A DNA stretch of 64,000 bases. Source: Blasia pusilla (lineage: Eukaryota). The DNA is taken from contig CM114271.1 of NCBI GenBank assembly GCA_050084515.1, positions 46,996,001-47,060,000 of the forward strand. The letters run 5' to 3'. Shown here piece by piece: positions 52,840-64,000 of this stretch. The translations under genes were made by a program, and so were the position numbers. The first letter of the stretch is position 1. Every line of letters starts with the position of its first letter. The notes beneath the pieces are model-generated. The model saw only the letters and a program-made list of their open reading frames with translations. It was not told where the DNA came from and searched no databases.

Positions 52840-54150
52840 GCTCCAGTCGCATCTAGCTGACTTGGGCATGGGTTACGACTTAATCCATCTGCATCCTTGT
52901 TGAGCGTCCCAGGTATATGTACCACATGAAAATCATACTCCTGCAACAACAGAGCCCATCTCGCAAGCTTTCTTGTAAGCTTTTCGGACTCCATCATCCA
53001 CTTCAGTGGTTGATGATCAATGATGATGGTAAAGGGGTTGCCAAATAAGTAACATCTGAAATGCACGACAGCCCACACTACAGCCAAGCACTCACCCTCA
53101 TACAAGCTGTACTTCGCCTCTGCAGCGTTGTTCGAGCGGCTAGCTTAAGCCACCACGAACTCTCTACCCTCATTATCATGCTGGGTGAGCAACGCTCCAA
53201 GCCCCAACATGCTCCAATTTGTGTGCAACTGGAAAGGACGCCCGTTTATCGGTCTCCTAAAGATGGGAGCAGACGTCAACCTGTCCTTGAGCAATTGAAA
53301 TACTCGCTCCTGCTCATCTCCCCATTGCCACTTGTGATCCACCTTGGTCAACAAGGTCAGCGGCTTTGCAATCGAACAGAATCCCTTGACGTACCCCCGA
53401 TAGAAGTTTGCCAATCCCATGAATGCGCGAACACGGCTCACATCTGTGGGGCGTGGAATGCGTGAGATAGCCTCTACCTTCGTCTGCTGAACACCAAGGC
53501 CCCCTAGGTATATCGTATGACCCAAGTACTCAATCTGGTCGTAGAAGAGCTTGCACTTGCCTAGATGTAGCTTCAGCCCAAGTAATTGCAATCGTCAAAA
53601 CACCTCCTCTAGATGTCGCTCAAGCTTCTCAACCGTGGCGCTAAAGACTGCGATGTCATCAATATAACACCTAGCAAAATCCAGACTAGCCACTGGTATA
53701 AACAATCCTTCCCGTGAGGATCGATGCCCCAAAATGCCGTCTTCTGCCTGTCCTCCAATCTGATAGGCAGCTGATGGTATTCGGCTCAAATCCAATGAAC
53801 TGAAAACCTTTGCGTGACCAATCACATCAAAGATCTCCTTAGAGGTGGGCATGGCATACTTATCAGACTTTGTTTGCCAATTGATAGGTCGGTAATCCCC
53901 ACACATCCGCCTATTCGTCTAGTTGCCATGCACATCCTTCTTGGCGAGCATGATCGTGGCAGATGCATACTCCCCATGCGACATCTCCACTAGTCCTGCT
54001 TCGACCAAAACCTGGCTCCTACTTTGAATCAGAGCCCTCTCCATATCACTGTACTTGTAGGGTCGTCGAAATATTGGCGTATCACTCAACAACTCAATGC
54101 GGATCCGCGGTCCCTTCAGCGTACCCAAATCCTCCATGCTAAATGCAAAG
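52840..54150 (-). pseudogene. Gypsy-type RT and RNase H with stops, frameshifts and a deletion
   Basis: MCGDYRPIN, CYIDDI, YLGHTI, FMGLANFYR, LGALLTQ, ECLAVVWAVVHFRCYL, DHQPLKW, DADGLSR. Confidence 0.93.
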
Positions 54151-54569
54151 CAACTCCTATAACTCTTGAGGAATTGATGTATTCGGTGCCGCTCTCCTCC
54201 TATCAACTTAGGGCCCATATCTGGCTCCCAAGTCTCCATCGTGACTACGGTAGGACTCTCCGGCGCGGATATCGGTGGTTGCTATGGTGCAACCCCATCT
54301 CAAACAATAACACTCGACCACTCTCCTGCAGCCAAGTGCAAACTCTGATCTCCTCCACATGCAGTGCCCTGAACTACGCTCGATGCTATAGCTATCATCT
54401 CCTAGCGTACCTGCAAAACATCCCCAAGAAGTCCAAGGATGTCTCTCCCGATCTCCCTTGGTGTGTCGATCTCCTCGGGTATCGCCCCCAGCCACTGCCT
54501 CCATCGTCTCGGTAGGCATGGGGCTCACCAACGCAACCGTTGTGATCTGTCGCGATCTCATCCGACTTT

Positions 54570-55550
54570 GCTCAGCCACTCCCAAGCTGAAGATCCATGT
54601 CAAGAAGTTCAGGTCCATCGCCTGAACCAAGACATGGCGTTGTGATGCCTCTAATACTGACGGTACTGCCATCACTCCTGTGGGAAATCCCATCGCCCGC
54701 TCTCTCTCGTCGGCGTTGGGCTCCACCAACCTCTGAACACGATCATCCCAAACCAAGCCAGGATCGGCCTCCTTGTATGCATAGGAAGCGGAAAAAGTCA
54801 CAAACGTGGGAAAGGTTGCTTGCGGCTTGCCTACCTTGTTGACCACACTCAACGGTGGTCGATCATCGTGCCTCACTATCTCTGAGCGACGACCTGGATC
54901 CAGAATGGAATCCATTAACAAATGAGAGGGGCGCTCCACTCTTGCATACGCCCTCCGTAACATCGCATGGGGCACCAAGTTGGTCCACCATAGACGCGGG
55001 CAATGGGCTCTAGAACCTACACTCGCCGCATCCAAGAACACTAAAGGGCTGATCTAGGCACGCACCTGATGAGCACTCATCACCACCTGTGACCTAGAGT
55101 CTCTTAAGATCCGCACATTCTCCAGAATTTAGGTTGGAGAACGAGACTGGTGCTCCTGCAACTGCCCTAAGACCCTCAACATCTCCCAAAACAACCTGGA
55201 CCGAGTGTCAGCCAACACTCGATTGGCCTTGACTGCCTCGTCCAACACTCGATTGGCCCTGACATGGCCAATCGGAAATGACCAAATTAGTGGTCCCTAC
55301 CCGCTCTAAGTCCTGCGCCCCAAGCAACAAAATATCCCTTGATAGGGAACTCTAGTACCCCTGTACCGCGGACGCAGATAATAAGTCACGAAAATGTAAG
55401 CGTAACTGCGCCACATGTCGTAGTGAGACGCACCTTGCAACATCATCCCTCTCCACATACAGGTACTGCTGTATTCACACTCTTGCCTGCAAAACAACAG
55501 CTAACCCGGTGCTAATCCCTCCAAAGAGATCTAACACTTGAATACCCTCC
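54570..55550 (-). pseudogene. DNMT3-like cytosine methyltransferase domain inside pol
   Basis: VLDLFGGISTG (~55505-55537), YLYVERD, WPCQG (catalytic Cys codon 55262-55264), ENV (55114-55122), SRAHCPRLWWTN, ERERAMGFP...QRHVLVQAM. Confidence 0.92.
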
Positions 55551-56641
55551 TCCGAGGTACACCACACAATGGGTGTGGTATCAAAGGGTGTCATCGTAGC
55601 ATTCCCTGCTACCTCCGATTCCTCAGACCCGTCACGCTTCGGTGCAAACGCCTCGCTCCACGCGGTCTGCACGTGCTCATCTGCCAATCGTCGAAGCTCC
55701 TCAATCGAGCCCCATAGCGGCACCTCTCCTCCACAGAATGATGCGATTACCATAACACTCCTCTCCATAGAAATATCAGGAACGGGAGTATCCTGTACAT
55801 GGACATGTCCCTCAATCAAATCACTAGGCCAAGTGATGGCACTGCTAAATGGTGCTAAGGTCGCCATCTCTCCTGGTCGTTGCTCGATCACTACACCTGT
55901 GAATCGAATGGGTAATGAGCTAAGGTGCCCATCACCTGACTGCCATCCTGGTGTGTAGGACGTTGACTGCTCCCAGTAATCCAGGGCAAACCCCATCGGA
56001 TATAACACTGCTCCACCAACCAAGATGTCGTAGGACTCTGCATCAGTCACTATCGCCTTGGCTCGCACCAGTGACTCATCTGTAGGACGTCCCAGGCCAA
56101 TCTTCACCATGACCTCCTGTCGGGTAATATACTGTGTGATACTCACTCCACCCAAGGATGTCTGTATTCGGAATGGACACAACTCTACATCGGCTCTTGT
56201 CAAGCCCAATCCTCTGAATGACGCTTTCCCCAACATCAGGGGTTGCGCTCCTAAATCCAACAAGACGCGCTGCGGACTGAAAGCTCTACCTTTGGGACTC
56301 ACGAACTGGAAGACCTCTCCTTGGTTATCCAAAAACATAACACCAGGAGAAGCCATGGTATGCTCTATCGCGGGTCTAGCGGACATCTGCGCCATCCTTG
56401 CAGCCGTAGCCTGCCATGAATCTGACGTGGACGGCCCGAGCATCCGCTCCAAGGGCAGGTCCATCACCTCCTCTGCAATAACCTTTGAACGTGATGCAAG
56501 AACTCCAACTCCACACTCACATAGCGTAGGGGCCAGCCAAAAAGCCTCGGCGGGCGTATCCCCAAACGTCATAACATCGAAAGCAGAAAATAAAGGAGCG
56601 CGGTACATAATGGTGGCCGCCCCCAACAACGTGCTTGACAC
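55551..56641 (-). pseudogene. pol N-terminus with retropepsin-like protease, in frame with DNMT motif I
   Basis: ORF 55475-56641 contains RVLLDLGAQPLMLG and YDILVGG, and runs without a break into IQVLDLFGGISTG. Confidence 0.85.
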
Positions 56642-56704
56642 ATGCCCCTCCTAAGCATCAACAATAGGAGTCGTCGTACTTGCTTCTCCCATCCCCCTCC
56701 GTTC

Positions 56705-58342
56705 CTACACACCAAGAACATCACCAACTCTCCAGGAACTCTGATCAGGACCCATCAATAGGGTCCTCATCGCCTCAGACAACGTGAAAGAATGAGGAAG
56801 CCTAGTCTGTTTCTTGGCATCCCCTTGATGTGGATCCAACTCTGCGGCTGCTCCACGCGTCACAACTATGGCTGCCTCCATCTGGGCAACCCCGCACATC
56901 CAACCAGGATCCTCCAGATCTCTGGCTGCTCCATATGATGTCGATGCCACGGATCCGGCATCGGGTAACCTCAATGCCATAACGGCAATCTGCTCGTGTA
57001 GCTGCTGTATATGAGTAGCCATCCCAGCCTCACATCCAGCGTCTCCCTCGGCGCATCTAGATGGTGGTACTCTACCTCCTCCACGAGCAGGTCCACCATC
57101 GTGTTGGGAAACTCCAGCTCCTCGTCCCCCAACAGGACCACATGGTGCACGATCTCTAGGCCCACTCGGATCGTCTTCTCGCTCTGGTGCCCTCTTTGGC
57201 CCTCGGTCCGGACGTAACTCAAGATGTAAACTGAAATACTTGGCGCGTGTATGACCATACCTCTGACAATAATCACACTGATAACCTCCTGGTGCAGCAC
57301 CATCTCCTCCTCCATGCTGAGGCACACGTCCATGACCCTGACGAGTGCAATCGCGCTGATGATGGGCTCCACCACATGACCAACAAGTAATAGTAGGCGG
57401 CTGCTGTTGAGCCGCATATGAAGGCATGGCCCCCCAATATCCTCCCTGAGCTCGTGGTGCCACAGTCGACCTATCTCGGAGTCCACGTTGCTGCACATGT
57501 AGTGCAGGCAATCGTGATTGCTCTCGCCCAGAACCCATGGTGGCTACGCTCTCCTCCGCCATGTTGCGCTCAATGTTCTCGGTGGTCCTAAAAAAATCTC
57601 TCAATGTAGGGGAGGTGTTCATAAGAAGCACCCCTTCCCGCACTTGTGTCCGCAGGGTCCGGTCCAACATCGCGTACCATGACTGGATAGCCTGAGCCTC
57701 TATCACCCCCTGAGTGACGTTGATCAACCGGCGCAAGCGAGTGTAAGCCTCACGCAAACTCTCACCCGGGCGCCTCTGGAAGTCGTGGATGCTCCACAAC
57801 TTCTCCGTCCGTACCCCCTGGTTGCTCGCCCTCAACTCAGCAAATAACTCAACTACAGGGTTGAACCTGGGACGAACCCAACTAGACGGTGCAATTGCTC
57901 CCGTGCGAGTGACCCCTCCTAAAATGTCACTAGTGGAAGAGGAAGTAGCCTCTCCTGACTCCTCCTCCTCATCTGGGAACGGCTCCATCCATGACACATA
58001 ATGTGGGTCATAGTAGAGCCTCCACGCCTCGATTTCAGGTGCATATCTTTGAGAGAACTCATGGTAATCGTCCATGGGCTCCCTCTCTAAATGTTGGAAC
58101 ATACCGTTCCATGCTGTAAACAGGTTGAACTCTCTAGAGTTCCTGGCCCGCTGGGAGTCACACCAACTCCTAAACTCTGCCATGAAATCGTGCAACTCAA
58201 TCGTGCCTGCTACACCTGAAAACCTATGCGGTCCTCTACCCCGATCGTCCATCTCGTACGCCCAACTGGTAGGACCACTCACAATGTGTGGCGATGTGCT
58301 CACAAACTCCTCTACACGCTCCCCCTCGTCTGAAGACGACAC
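56705..58342 (-). CDS. Gag-like protein of the retroelement (545-aa open frame, start uncertain)
   Basis: FQRRPGESLREAY, zinc knuckles CWSCGGAHHQRDC and CDYCQRYGH. Homologous to 20617-22100. Confidence 0.8.
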   Translation of the reverse strand: MSSSDEGERVEEFVSTSPHIVSGPTSWAYEMDDRGRGPHRFSGVAGTIELHDFMAEFRSWCDSQRARNSREFNLFTAWNGMFQHLEREPMDDYHEFSQRYAPEIEAWRLYYDPHYVSWMEPFPDEEEESGEATSSSTSDILGGVTRTGAIAPSSWVRPRFNPVVELFAELRASNQGVRTEKLWSIHDFQRRPGESLREAYTRLRRLINVTQGVIEAQAIQSWYAMLDRTLRTQVREGVLLMNTSPTLRDFFRTTENIERNMAEESVATMGSGREQSRLPALHVQQRGLRDRSTVAPRAQGGYWGAMPSYAAQQQPPTITCWSCGGAHHQRDCTRQGHGRVPQHGGGDGAAPGGYQCDYCQRYGHTRAKYFSLHLELRPDRGPKRAPEREDDPSGPRDRAPCGPVGGRGAGVSQHDGGPARGGGRVPPSRCAEGDAGCEAGMATHIQQLHEQIAVMALRLPDAGSVASTSYGAARDLEDPGWMCGVAQMEAAIVVTRGAAAELDPHQGDAKKQTRLPHSFTLSEAMRTLLMGPDQSSWRVGDVLGV

Positions 58343-61300
58343 AGAAGGAGATCGAGGTGGTCTCTCACGTGGAGACCCTTGAAACCTCGCACCACTCCCG
58401 GTAAACCCTCAAGAGCTACTCTCAGGTCCAATACCTCGCCTCTCAAAATCCTGAAAGGACGCCGTGATGGCTTTCGTGCCCCTCTCACACGATCACTCTC
58501 AACCTCACGAGTAATCCCTCAATCACTCATCCCAAACATGCGGCACTCGATCTACACTCTCCCTCCTTGAGACGTGTAACGTGCGGCAACAAGCGGCGTG
58601 ATGTGGCAAATCAACCAGGCTATAATCTCATCGACAACCTACCCTCAACTCCGGACATCCCACACAGGTCTATGTCCCCTAAACCCCATACATAAATGAT
58701 GCTCTCAGCATCCACACAACCCAATATCCCCAAATAAACTACCCAAATCCCAGAATCCCTCACGCGTGGAGGGTAAAGGACTAGAATGGGTAACCTGAAC
58801 ACATGTCAATGTCGCTCCTCAGCAACTGCAAATCTCAGTCCCAACTCGGTTGTGGAGACAACTCCTCCAATCACCAAGTAATACTCCTCCCATACTGACG
58901 CTGCTCAAAACTCCTCGATAGACAGTGCGATTCCAGCGGAACGGTGCGGCGTTGCAGGTGGCATGGAATGGCTATGAAGGGCAGGGCCCTCGATGGTGGG
59001 ATGCGGCACTCGGCGGCATACCCTCCTAACTCAACAATAAACCCACACTCTACTCCACAATGATGGTGCGGCTCTGCGATCGAGACGATACGGTGTGGCC
59101 ACGAGCGGCACGGCGCGGTACTCGATCGTCGTCGAGCGGCTACCAATCACAACATAGCAGCATGAAATCAAAACTCAAACACCATAACCGGAGGTCATCT
59201 ACCATCACTGGTTGATGATGAAACTGCGATGACGATGGCGGCCAAACCAAAGTATGTGGTGGCGGAGCAAGTCAAAGAATCAATGGTGGTCGTGGAAGAC
59301 CCTCCACTTCGTAATGGCGGCAATGGCAACAAAAGGGTGGACAAAGGCCGAATACGGCTCTGAGCAACGCTCGGCAACGGCAACGGCCGACAGTGGCCAG
59401 TGGACGGTGGACCATTGACGGTGACGGTTGACCATCTATAGTGATGGATGACCATTGACCGGTGACGGTGACTATGACGGCGACGGCGCCGCCGGCGTGG
59501 CGGCTGGTTTAGGGTTTGAACAATTTAACCCTAAAAATCGCCTAGCAATGGCAATTTTGCAAAATTCACCATAACTTTTTACTCGCAAATCCAAATTGCG
59601 CATTGTTTGTTGCACAACTTCACGATCTATGACGGTGTCAAAAAATATTTGGAACTAGACATTCCAGTTAAAACAACTGATAGGGACTGTCGTAAAGCCC
59701 AATGTTTCCTTCTCCTACACAAAATTTGGCAGCGCTTCCGCGCTGATTTCTCCCAACCAAAATGTAAAACCTATAAAAATACAAATCAGCAAGCTTCATG
59801 GTGCTCCCAAGAGCACCAGCATGGGGCAATCCGCCCCTATAATCAATCCCTATCAGAAATTGGGTAGCGCTTCCGCGCGCCATTCTTCCACACGAAAAAT
59901 CGGCAAATGCAAAGAACAATCAAAGCAGCCCTTGCTCCGGTGAGCACTCCATAGCACTTCAACCAATTTCTTATTCCTATGGTATTGCTTGTATTTGGTA
60001 AATTTTTAGTCATATGTGTCATCTCTATCCAAGGGCACTCGTGCCAGGAAACGATGTCAAATCGTGCCATAATTTTAGCGTGTATTACGATTTAAAATTT
60101 TTTCTTTGTGTGAATTGCCTTTTTCTTGATTTTCACCACAAGAAAAATTCAAGCATCTAATTTCAAATTTGAGCGCCCAATTCAATATCAATTGCCTCTC
60201 CTTCAAACCGCAAATGCTATGTCCTTACAAGACCTCTCTAGATTTGAGTGTCCATGTCTTCTATGATTCGATGTCAGAAAGTACTGAGAGTTTGAGGTGT
60301 AATTTTGAGAGTCCATCATTGGTAGATGAGTTCTTGGATCAGTTATAGTATTGCTCATGTTAAGGATTGTCAAAACTCTGCCTACTTTGACAAAAATCTC
60401 ATATTGTCAACAACCTACATGCACGTAATGGAACGTCAAAATTGTGCCACCTAAGAATTTGGAGAAGTAACAATGATTTGAGGATTGGCTCTCCTCTTGC
60501 ATCATATCACCAAATCCCAAATTTTTTTCACATCTTTGCTCTCTCCATATTGGTAGCACCTCAGAACCGTCTACCACAATACGTCCTTCAATCTTTCCAC
60601 AACCATACACAGTTCCAAAGACCTCATAATATCTTCAGATCCACATAAGATCCAATCCAACCTCGTCTGATTTTATTAAATAAAAATAGCCTCCCAGTGT
60701 CACACTAGTACTTACTTCCCTTAGGCAATGGTTGCGCACATCTTCACCTCACCTCTTGGTCGAGCCGCAATCCCTTATGCCAAAAATAAATAGGTCTTGT
60801 TTACTGTCTTGTTACACCTTTGTTTACTGTTTGATCATATGTCTTGAGTACTACTATTGCATAGCAATTGGTGAAGTTGGATATGGAAAAATGTGTTGAA
60901 GCGTACCCAATTTCGAGCCAATCCACTCGGGTGTTCCTTAATGGGTGCAATGCCATAAATGCATCTCTACCACTAAAAGGAAGGAGCGCTCGGGGTGTGC
61001 CCTTAGGGGTTGAAGAAGCTCCAAGAAAGTCAGGTTAGAGAGCCGTGTGATGGGCAAGTGAGAGCTATACGGAAATTAGATGCTCATATAGTGTTGGAAT
61101 GGTCCATATGCGATCGCGGTATGAAGAGATTCTTGAATGACACCTTGATGAGTTTTTAGTTGTGCTTACTTCTCCTCCTCCCTCCTATCATACCATAGAA
61201 GTCGTGCGCAATCAAGAGAAAAAAAATTGACATGAAATTGTGCAAAGATTGAATCTAATTTGCAGGCGCTTTAGGAAAAAAATCATTCTCATTTGGAATT

Positions 61301-62229
61301 GGGGGTTAAGAGGATTTTTTCCTAGAAAATGTACAACCGAATTAGCCTCGATGTGTTCAAAAGGGGGATGGGGTCATATTACTTCTAGAGTTTAGAGTAT
61401 CTCCTCATGGATTGTTGTTATAGAGGCACAAATTAGTCAACTCTGGTTGCTTGTACGGCTTGCGTGCTCCTAAGGTTTGCATTGATGGAGTCATAGGGTC
61501 AACTATCTTCCTTGCTTTTGCAAATGACAATGAGAGTCTCTTTATGGAAGGATTCCAAAAATTTGTTCCAAGAGGAAATGCAAGACTATTCCTCCAAGAA
61601 AAAGGCTACATATCACCATGAATAATTGACTTTCGACTTTTGTTGTGTGCCATGTTTTATAATTTGAAGAATGATCCCTTCGCTCCATTTTTATTATCCA
61701 CTTTGCTGCTGTATGGCGTAGGACCGCACGAACATCACTCTCCTATGAAATTCAACAAATTTTCATTGCTCTATTAGCTCTACACTTTCTAAGGGATATT
61801 TGTATTTTAGCTTAGCGCCACATACTTTGTCGAATTCATCTCAACACAAAAATTGACCTTAAGCCAGAGTATGACCTTATGACAATGGGCTACCCATGTC
61901 CTTCGTCTCACATGTACACAATATAAAAAAAATCCTTCTGATCAGTGTTTTCTTCAATACATGATGCCTCTCTGATTTGACTTGATGACTTCTTCTTTTC
62001 ATTAGGAAGTGGTGGTCCTAATTGACAATTGCATTAGGCAAGGCAGTGAGGCAATAGCAATGGCAATGCTTCCATTAGTGCACCAAACTCTGCTAAAGAT
62101 ATTTCATTCCCACATATCCACTCGTGAAGGATGTGTTACTCAAGATTGAAATTTCCAAAGATAAGTTTCCTTTGTGGTCCTCAATCCACATCAAAATTTT
62201 ATGAGATGAAAATTATGGAATTGCATGGG

Positions 62230-62600
62230 AATAAATAGTTTCATATGTCTTGTAGAAAGTTAAATTGGTCTAAAGTGGCTACTTTTTGCTTAAATAATGG
62301 GGTTGATACCATTCGAGATGGAAACCAATGTAAGAAAAGTTGTCAGCTTTTCTTTAGGAGTTCAAAAAGGTATACGATTGGGAGAGGAGGAAAAAAATGG
62401 TGAGATGGGTTACTACCACATGGATCATTCTAGTCATAAAAAGAATGATTAACCTGTTTACTTCAATGAGGAGTTCTATAAAGACTTCTTGGCGTCCTAG
62501 ACGTGAAGATGTGAATCCAGAGGCTAGTGGTTTATGTCTATTCAATATCGGACTCCTCCCACTTTCAGATGAGATCATCAATTTATTTAACTTGCCAGAT
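62230..62600 (+). pseudogene. Myb/SANT (trihelix-like) DNA-binding protein remnant, probable PIF/Harbinger ORF1
   Basis: WSKVATFCLNNGVDTIRDGNQCKK...FKKVYDWE pattern, convergent with the adjacent Harbinger transposase. Confidence 0.6.
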
Positions 62601-63446
62601 ACGTGAGTAAATAATGATATTCTGCACTTTTGATTACAATAATATATTTAATTATCTTCTATCCTTTAATATTTCCTTTTATTCAATGGTAGAGAAATAT
62701 GGACATCATGAAGAAGGAAATCCAACTTGTGAAACCAAAGAAGATTGACCACATCACGTGAGTAAGCATCATTCCATGTATGTCGTAGCCTATCCTTACT
62801 CTCTTACTACTATTGTATGTTATCACATGCATCAAATTTTGGAGTTGAAGGAGAAGGTTTTAAAGAGCCACATCAAAAAAGGTTACCCACAAACCACACT
62901 TTTGGTGAGTGATACATCAAAATTTACAATGGATAAATGTGTACTGTGTGAAGATACTTTTTTATGACGTCTTTCCTAACATTTCTCTTTTCTTTATAGA
63001 TGCATCCGAAGAGCAACATGAAAGAACAAAAAATGGCTTCATGGATGACATGACCAACATGGAAGGCTCTTCATCATATACATGCATATTTGGCTTAGAT
63101 ATATTCAAGCCTTTCACATGTATGTTGCTAATAACTTACTACATTATGACTTTAGGGACCACATCATATATGCTTGAAAGAGTTTGGTTAGATTGCCTCT
63201 TGAGCCAACTAGAAAAAGGGAGACCAACCTTTGTTGTGGGATTAAGGGGGGGAAAATGAAAGTTCTTGACAAATTAAGCTGAAGATGTCATCACCAAGGA
63301 CTTGAACCAAGTCATAAAGGTGGGACAAAACAAACAACCAGAGAGTATGAAGCACTTGTAGAAGTATTTGGAATATATCTTCAAAGCAAGAAACGAGTAT
63401 TGATCTCAGAAAATGTTGAACATCATCATCTATTAAATTTGCGGCA

Positions 63447-64000
63447 CTATATGGTTAAGAAGAGCATCTCGGTTAGCTCTTCCATTAGATATGGTTGCGT
63501 TCTTCGTACATAACTTTGAAATCCATGTGGATGAGGTCTTGCGGCCCTAAAAAGTGTATCTAGAGTATGATCTTGTCTATCAATCAAGATATTGTGAAAG
63601 ATACAACAAGCAACGATAATCTTTGGTAATCGCTCCAAGTTTTGATGATAAATGTGTCGATTTAGTATGCGCCATGTTCCTTTTAATCGTCCAAAATCTC
63701 TCTCCACACACATACGCATTGAAGAATGGAGATAATTCCATGCCTCTTTTTGACCACTTGCTCCAACATAAGGGACAATGAGCCAAGGTAATAACGGATG
63801 TCCTACGTCACCGATGATATACTCTCGAATGCTCTTGTCATATCTCAATGGAATTAGAGGACCAATCATATATCTTTCTCCTTGAATTTCTTTCTTATAT
63901 GATCCAGAGTTTTAGAGGAGTCGTGCATCATGAACACAAGGTGGATAACCTACAAATACATCTAAGAGGCGTAACTTTGAATCCACGACAACTTGCATTG
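63447..64000 (-). pseudogene. PIF/Harbinger DDE transposase, C-terminal part, continues beyond the window
   Basis: QVVVDS...GYPPCVHDARLL (~63915-63997). IIGDVGHPLLPWLIVPY, HSSMRMCVERDFGRLKGTWRIL, IIVACCIFHN in ORF 63447-63869. Confidence 0.9.

Larger units (their letters stand above)
50923..59960 (-). mobile_element. Near full-length DNMT/PHD Gypsy-like element ending in a single B repeat, 5' end (A, PBS) missing
   Basis: B 50923-51050 ending CGCACGACA, G tract 51051-51060, then PHD-INT-RH-RT-DNMT-PR-gag. Leader similarity to 30228-30255 stops near 59955. Confidence 0.88.

Noticed and set aside
60956-60975. TAA-ATGCATCTCTACC as a left Harbinger TIR
   Set aside because: Plausible but degenerate, and the partner end lies outside the window, so it cannot be verified.

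Overview
AT-rich, transposon-dense eukaryotic DNA, most likely from a non-seed land plant. It holds one intact host gene, a 3-exon hemerythrin-class glutathione S-transferase (42250-47150). Around it lie decayed hAT, Helitron, CACTA, Copia and PIF/Harbinger elements. The main signal is a Ty3/Gypsy-like retrotransposon family with at least 8 copies or fragments here. Its pol carries a DNMT3-like cytosine methyltransferase between protease and RT and a PHD finger after a DDE integrase, and it lacks ordinary LTRs. The complete copy (19005-28635, TAGA TSD) has split direct repeats, A-internal-B-A-B, a layout otherwise known from tyrosine-recombinase retroelements, yet it has TG..CA ends and 4-bp TSDs. 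Other copies are A-internal-B or A-B units. In three divergent subfamilies the sequence just after A is the reverse complement of the sequence ~30 nt downstream of the TATA box, which indicates Tf1-like self-priming. A G-tract precedes B. Inference: the true LTR is B+A, and integration occurs at a site inside the LTR, probably from a circular intermediate. Coordinates were read by eye, and boundaries of decayed elements are approximate.
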